Positions 59,701-64,000 of a DNA stretch of 64,000 nt are shown one piece after another (positions within the stretch are counted from its first letter, which is position 1; every line of letters starts with the position of its first letter). A model generated the notes under the pieces. That model made no database searches, was not told the DNA's origin, and worked only from the letters and a program-made list of their open reading frames with translations. This DNA comes from an uncultured Eubacteriales bacterium (GTDB taxonomy: Bacteria > Bacillota > Clostridia > Oscillospirales > Oscillospiraceae): NCBI GenBank assembly GCA_900544975.1, contig UQXI01000007.1:4285-68284 (forward strand), written 5' to 3'. A program made the position numbers and the translations under genes.

Positions 59701-60429
59701 TTAAAGAAAATGACCAAAAGCTTCCGCCGGTCCGTGGGGATGCAGCAGGCGGCGTTCAGCCTCGCTCAAAATGCGAAAATGACCACGCAGGACCCCATCC
59801 AGGGTCAGCTGTCCCTCTGCCTGCCGCTCTAAATAGGTCACTGGCATCCCCCGGGAGGCCAGCATCCGCCGGACCTGATGATACTTTCCCTCACAAATCG
59901 TGACCAGGCTCTCGCCCGGTCCCAGAGGCTCCAGCTTAGCAGGCAAGCACTGGGTCCCATCTCCCAGCACCAGTCCAGCGGCAAACGCCTCCACATCCTC
60001 CCCATTCCCCTGCCCTTGGTGGCGGGCATAGTACCGCTTTGGCACCCGATACCGGGGAGAGATCAGCCGGTGTGCCAGCTCGCCGTCGTCGGTCAGGAGC
60101 AGGAGCCCCTCCGTCTCCTTGTCCAGCCGCCCCACCGGTTTGACCCGCCGCCGGTAGACTGGGGGCAGCAGCTCCATCACCGTGGGATCCCTGGGGTCCT
60201 GGGTGGAGGTGACATATCCCGCCGGTTTATTCAGCAGGAGCACCACCGTGCCCCCAGTTACTGCCACCCCATCCAGGGTCACCTGCACCTGCTCCGGATC
60301 CACTTTCTCCGCCCCATCCCGGACCGGAACGCCATGGACCTGAACCCGCCCCGCCCGGAGGGCCTCCCTGGCCTGGCTGCGGCTCAGGAGTCCGGAGCCA
60401 GCCAGGATTTTATCCAATCTTTGCAGCAT
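59701..60429 (-). CDS. rsuA: 16S rRNA pseudouridine(516) synthase RsuA-like (S4 + RluA/RsuA catalytic domain)
   Basis: S4 domain LQRLDKILAGSGLLSRSQAREALRAGRVQV. Catalytic motif VGRLDKETEGLLLLTDDGEL. Confidence 0.85.
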   Translation of the reverse strand: MLQRLDKILAGSGLLSRSQAREALRAGRVQVHGVPVRDGAEKVDPEQVQVTLDGVAVTGGTVVLLLNKPAGYVTSTQDPRDPTVMELLPPVYRRRVKPVGRLDKETEGLLLLTDDGELAHRLISPRYRVPKRYYARHQGQGNGEDVEAFAAGLVLGDGTQCLPAKLEPLGPGESLVTICEGKYHQVRRMLASRGMPVTYLERQAEGQLTLDGVLRGHFRILSEAERRLLHPHGPAEAFGHFL

Positions 60430-60501
60430 GTACCCACCCTCTGTTCTAATCGTCTGGTCCAGGCCATAGGATGTACCACCAAAACAACTGGAGGGATCGC
60501 T

Positions 60502-60975
60502 ATGGTCATGATGACCGCAAAAGTCAATAAAAAACGCGCTATCCTGGTTCTGGCGGCTTTGGCCGCACTCATCGTCCTCATCTGTATCCTGGCCAAGGGC
60601 GGCGGCACAGAGAACCCCGCAGCGCCTCAGGAGCAGCCGGTTTCCGTCGCCACCAATGACGCCAGGGTGCAATACCTGACCGATTACGGCTGGGAGGTCG
60701 TTCATTCCCCGGTCCAAACCCAGCAGGTCCGGATCCCTTCGGAGGTCACCGATGTCTATGACCGGTACAACGCCCTTCAAATGAGCCAGGGCTTCAACCT
60801 CACCGATTACGCCGGAAAAACCGCTACCCGCTATGTCTATGAGATCAAAAACTATCCCAACGCCTCCGATCCGGTCTATGCCACGCTGCTGGTCTACCGG
60901 GATCAGGTCATCGGAGCCGACATCACCGACACCTCGGCCAATGGCGTGGTCCAGGGCCTGGAAATGCCCGGCTGA
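60502..60975 (+). CDS. DUF4830-like small secreted/membrane-anchored protein
   Basis: N-terminal TM anchor, then DYGWEV...YDRYNALQMSQGFNL. RBS GGAGGG at 8 nt. The family name is a low-confidence recollection. Confidence 0.6.
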   Translation: MVMMTAKVNKKRAILVLAALAALIVLICILAKGGGTENPAAPQEQPVSVATNDARVQYLTDYGWEVVHSPVQTQQVRIPSEVTDVYDRYNALQMSQGFNLTDYAGKTATRYVYEIKNYPNASDPVYATLLVYRDQVIGADITDTSANGVVQGLEMPG

Positions 60976-61461
60976 TTACAGCCAGATTGCATCCACCGGC
61001 AGCCCCAAGCCCTTGGCATAGGCCACTGCCGCGCCGGTCCCACCGCCGGTTCCATCGTAGACGCTGATCAGCCGGTGAGCGGCCCGCAGCATGGCTTGGT
61101 TCCGGCGCAGCATACAGCCCGGCGTATACGCCGGTTCCACCACATGGACCCGGCTGCACCGGGTCAGGAGGGCGCGGTATCGGACCTGATCTGCCTCCGG
61201 CCACCTGCCCGGCTGCTCCGGGCAGGGAACCCAGGCCTCCAGGGAGAGATCCGCTCCCTGTTCTTGGAGCCGGAGCACCGCCTCGGCAAAATACACATCG
61301 CACCCCCGGGCCAGGCCACAGGCAAACACCGTAGCCCCCGCCTCCCAGGCCGCCCGGACAGCCCGATCCAGCTGTATCTTCAAAGCGCAGCACCGGGGAT
61401 CCGTCTCCCGGCTGCCCCAGGGCAGCTTCTCCGGGCGATGCCCCGTAAAGGCGCAGACCAT
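60976..61461 (-). CDS. SLOG-family YpsA-like protein (DUF1273)
   Basis: The FTGHRPEKL motif near the N-terminus is typical of the YpsA/DUF1273 SLOG domain. The start is assigned to that Met. Confidence 0.65.
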   Translation of the reverse strand: MVCAFTGHRPEKLPWGSRETDPRCCALKIQLDRAVRAAWEAGATVFACGLARGCDVYFAEAVLRLQEQGADLSLEAWVPCPEQPGRWPEADQVRYRALLTRCSRVHVVEPAYTPGCMLRRNQAMLRAAHRLISVYDGTGGGTGAAVAYAKGLGLPVDAIWL

Positions 61462-61565
61462 GGTATCCCCCGCTTTCCAACGTGCGCCACTACCACAGGA
61501 GCGGCACACAGAAATTCCGGCATATCACAGCCGTTTGACCGCCATTATACCAGAAAAAAAAGGTC

Positions 61566-61594
61566 TTGACAATCCACCCGGTCTGCGGTATAGT
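61566..61594 (+). promoter_or_regulatory. Sigma-A promoter TTGACA-17-TATAGT upstream of FMN riboswitch
   Basis: cttgaca atccacccggtctgcgg tatagt. Confidence 0.65.
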
Positions 61595-61599
61595 GTCAC

Positions 61600-61800
61600 C
61601 GACCCAACAAAATACGGAAATCTTCAGGGCAGGGTGAAATTCCCGACCGGCGGTGAGCCCCAGGGCGAGTCCGCGAACGCTGCTTGCAGCGCCGAGCTGG
61701 TGAGACTCCAGCACCGACAGTACAGTCTGGATGGAAGAAGATGCGCACTGGTCTATGTGCGTTTATTTTCGCGCCCGGAGAATTTCTCCGGGCGTATTTT
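61600..61800 (+). ncRNA. FMN riboswitch (RFN element) with terminator-type expression platform
   Basis: Conserved RFN core CTTCAGGGCAGGGTGAAATTCCCGACCGGCGGT ... GCCGACAGTACAGTCTGGATGGAAGAAG, like the B. subtilis ribD leader. The terminator gcgcccggagaatttctccgggcg + tattttg is at 61771-61800. Confidence 0.9.
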
Positions 61801-61817
61801 GTTACGAGGTGATACAC

Positions 61818-62537
61818 TTGAAAGAACTCCTGGAAAACGCCAAAGAAAACCTGTCCTTCCTCCTCATTTGCATCCTCATCGCCCTGGCCCTGGTGGCCGT
61901 GGCCCGGATTGCGGAGCACTTCCTGCCCCACAAGCGCAAGGTCTCCCCCACTCGGCGGATTACCCTCATCGCCATCTGCGGCGCCATCGCCATGGTCCTG
62001 CACCTGCTGGACTTCCCCCTGCCTTTCCTGGCCCCCAGTTTTTATCAGCTGGACTTCTCCGAGCTGCCTGTGCTGCTGTGCTCCTTTTACTTAGGACCTT
62101 CTGCCGGTGTGGCCTGTGAGGGACTCAAAATTCTGCTGAAGCTGCTGGTCAAAGGCACCTCCACCGCCTTCGTCGGCGACTTTGCCAACTTTGTGGTAGG
62201 CTGCACCCTGGTGCTCCCCGCCGCCATTTGCTACCATGTGAAGAAGACCAAGAAGACCGCCCTGCTGGGCCTTGCCCTGGGGACCGTCATCATGACCATC
62301 TTTGGCAGCCTGTTCAACGCGGTATACCTGCTGCCCAAGTTCTCCGTTCTCTTCGGCCTTCCCCTGGACCAGATCGTCTCCATGGGCAGCGCCATCAACG
62401 GTCACATTCACTCTGTATCCACTCTGGTGCTTTTCTCCGTGGCTCCTCTCAATCTGCTCAAGGCGGTTGTGGTCTCTCTGCTCACCCTGCTGCTATACAA
62501 GCGGGTGGAAAAGCCGTTGTTTGAAAAAGTCGCCTAA
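61818..62537 (+). CDS. ribU: ECF transporter S component for riboflavin (RibU)
   Basis: Multi-TM ~240 aa directly downstream of the FMN riboswitch. Start assigned to the TTG at 61818, preceded by GAGGTGA. The ORF-track start at 61731 would overlap the riboswitch. Confidence 0.8.
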   Translation: MKELLENAKENLSFLLICILIALALVAVARIAEHFLPHKRKVSPTRRITLIAICGAIAMVLHLLDFPLPFLAPSFYQLDFSELPVLLCSFYLGPSAGVACEGLKILLKLLVKGTSTAFVGDFANFVVGCTLVLPAAICYHVKKTKKTALLGLALGTVIMTIFGSLFNAVYLLPKFSVLFGLPLDQIVSMGSAINGHIHSVSTLVLFSVAPLNLLKAVVVSLLTLLLYKRVEKPLFEKVA

Positions 62538-62585
62538 GCATTCGGGGGATCTCTCATCTCTGAGAGATCCCCCGTCGTTTTGATG

Positions 62586-63266
62586 TTACATTGGAGCCGT
62601 GTCATCCGAATCTTCCGGATCCACAGTCGCCTGTGCAGTGGGCGTCTCCGGCAGAGGCTGCACCTGCTGCCGTCTGGGGGGCATGCCCCGGTCCAGGTTC
62701 CGGTCTGCCAGCAGGAAGAAGGCCTGGATCCCAGAAATCAGAATGGACAGCACCAAAAAGACCACCGCCGTATCCGGATTGCAGGATTTGTAAACCTGAT
62801 ACAAGCTGATGCTGTGAAACACGGTATAGAGAATCAGCAAAATGAGCGCCGCCTGAACCAGCAGCATAGCCGCCAGGAACCAAGCCGCAAAAATTCCGTC
62901 TGGCTCTCCATCCACGAGAATCACCCGGCTGACCATGCCAATGAAGCAAACCAGATACCCCACCATCGCCACACAGCTGGCAATGGACAGACCCAGCATC
63001 ACCTTTCTGCGGCTCTGGACCTTTCTCTTCACCACATACTGATACTGATCCGAAAGACTGCCCAAAATCCACGCGTTTGCCAGGGGGATCCAGGCCAGCC
63101 AAGGCTTGTTGATTTCCCGCCGCTTAGCCAGAGAATAGAGGCTCAGCGCCTGCAGAACATAGCAGGCCACGCCAATGGCGAGGCAAATGAACAGCCATGC
63201 CAGGGTCGTCTGCAAAATGAACACCATCTCTTCGGATGTGGGAGAATACGTCCCATGCATTCTCAT
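62586..63266 (-). CDS. Hypothetical integral membrane protein (paralog of next gene)
   Basis: 4-5 TM segments. Shares the WIPLANAWILGSLSDQYQYVV...NRRK, QVYKSCNPDTAVVFLVLS and ADRN.DRGMPPRR blocks with 63286..63987. Confidence 0.65.
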   Translation of the reverse strand: MRMHGTYSPTSEEMVFILQTTLAWLFICLAIGVACYVLQALSLYSLAKRREINKPWLAWIPLANAWILGSLSDQYQYVVKRKVQSRRKVMLGLSIASCVAMVGYLVCFIGMVSRVILVDGEPDGIFAAWFLAAMLLVQAALILLILYTVFHSISLYQVYKSCNPDTAVVFLVLSILISGIQAFFLLADRNLDRGMPPRRQQVQPLPETPTAQATVDPEDSDDTAPM

Positions 63267-63285
63267 ACCAATTTCTCCTCTCTGA

Positions 63286-63987
63286 TTACGGCTCTACCGG
63301 ATGATCCTGGTCCGGGGTGTGCCAGGGCTCCTCTGCCGATGGCTTTGCCTCCCACTGCGGCGCCTGGGGCCCCTGCTCAGGTGGCACAGAATCCCGGCGG
63401 GGCGGCATTCCACGCTCTTGATTCCGATCTGCAAACAGGAAAAACGGAGTCAAAAAGGGAAACACCACAGATAACACCAGAAAGACCACACTGTTCTGGG
63501 GATTGCAGGACTGGTACACATCGTACAGGCTGATATATTGGTAAACCGCCAAGGCTGCCGCCACCAATCCCGCCAATGTAGCAACGGCAGATCGGCCCAC
63601 ACCCACCCCAAAATAGAAAGCGTCCCAATCAAACGCATCCAAAACCGTGGTATAATTGGCCAGGAACAACACCCCTGACTGGCCCAGGAAGAAGCCGGCA
63701 ATGGCCAGACCCAGCAGAATCTTCCGGCGATTGCAGACCTTTCCCCGGACCACATATTGATATTGGTCCGAAACGCTGCCCAGAATCCAGGAATAGGCCA
63801 CTGGCACCCAGGCAAGGCCAGGGTTGGCAATCCCCCGCCGCTTGGCAATGGTGTACAGGCCTATGGATTGGAAGACATACATGACGACAAAACACGCCAG
63901 TACTACAAACGCAACCAGTAGCCCCATCCCAGCAATGGCGATCCCGGCCGGATTCGAAAGCAGCTCCTCTAAGTCAGAAAACGTCAT
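63286..63987 (-). CDS. Hypothetical integral membrane protein (paralog of previous gene)
   Basis: Same motif blocks (WVPVAYSWILGSVSDQYQYVV, DVYQSCNPQNSVVFLVLS, ADRNQERGMPPRR) and a Pro-rich C-terminal tail. Confidence 0.65.
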   Translation of the reverse strand: MTFSDLEELLSNPAGIAIAGMGLLVAFVVLACFVVMYVFQSIGLYTIAKRRGIANPGLAWVPVAYSWILGSVSDQYQYVVRGKVCNRRKILLGLAIAGFFLGQSGVLFLANYTTVLDAFDWDAFYFGVGVGRSAVATLAGLVAAALAVYQYISLYDVYQSCNPQNSVVFLVLSVVFPFLTPFFLFADRNQERGMPPRRDSVPPEQGPQAPQWEAKPSAEEPWHTPDQDHPVEP

Positions 63988-64000
63988 CTCATAACGGTAG

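Noticed and set aside
61731-61817. N-terminal extension of ribU ORF
   Set aside because: It would be translated through the FMN riboswitch aptamer and terminator. A TTG with an SD at 61818 downstream of the terminator is the consistent start.
1-64000. Searched for mobile-element hallmarks (transposase DDE/serine recombinase/integrase motifs, tRNA-adjacent islands), CRISPR arrays, toxin-antitoxin pairs and tRNA/rRNA genes
   Set aside because: None found. The only repeat families are the 250-bp IR-flanked element, short palindromes and coding tandem repeats. No cas-like genes or spacer-containing arrays are present.

Overview
GC-rich Firmicutes/Clostridia-type chromosomal segment. The taxonomic call is inferred from SLH-domain wall proteins, spoIVA, bofA, Gram-positive style RBSs (AGGAGG) and an FtsEX-M23-CtpA cluster; a gut Oscillospiraceae-like organism is a low-confidence guess. 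The left third (1-22.3 kb) looks like an accessory cell-surface locus. It holds two giant (>2700 aa) SLH-anchored subtilisin-like proteases with a 450-bp identical 3' segment and shared Cys-rich repeat modules. An XRE-HTH/TPR (RNPP-like) regulator preceded by two tiny SD-bearing ORFs sits between them, and an ArsR-like protein and a third SLH/Big_2 protein follow. Next come a choloylglycine (bile-salt) hydrolase and a five-gene Opp/Nik-type ABC importer. The rest is mostly housekeeping or sporulation genes: bofA, class III aminotransferase, spoIVA, ClpE, yabE-like 3D protein, rsmA, HAD hydrolase, YihY, J-domain pair, AAA ATPase, ispF-ispD-murD, RNase P RNA, DUF1905, lysS-greA, CtpA-M23-ftsX-ftsE, PucR regulator, rsuA, YpsA, and an FMN riboswitch controlling ribU. 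Embedded in this is a large bacterial ROCO (LRR-Roc-COR) GTPase. Non-coding highlights are an ~250-bp repeated element with hairpin-forming 27-bp terminal inverted repeats (two copies, one inside the ABC operon), a related hairpin plus tandem 11-12-nt repeats in a 540-bp intergenic gap, and several promoters and terminators. No transposase, integrase, CRISPR array, tRNA or rRNA was seen.
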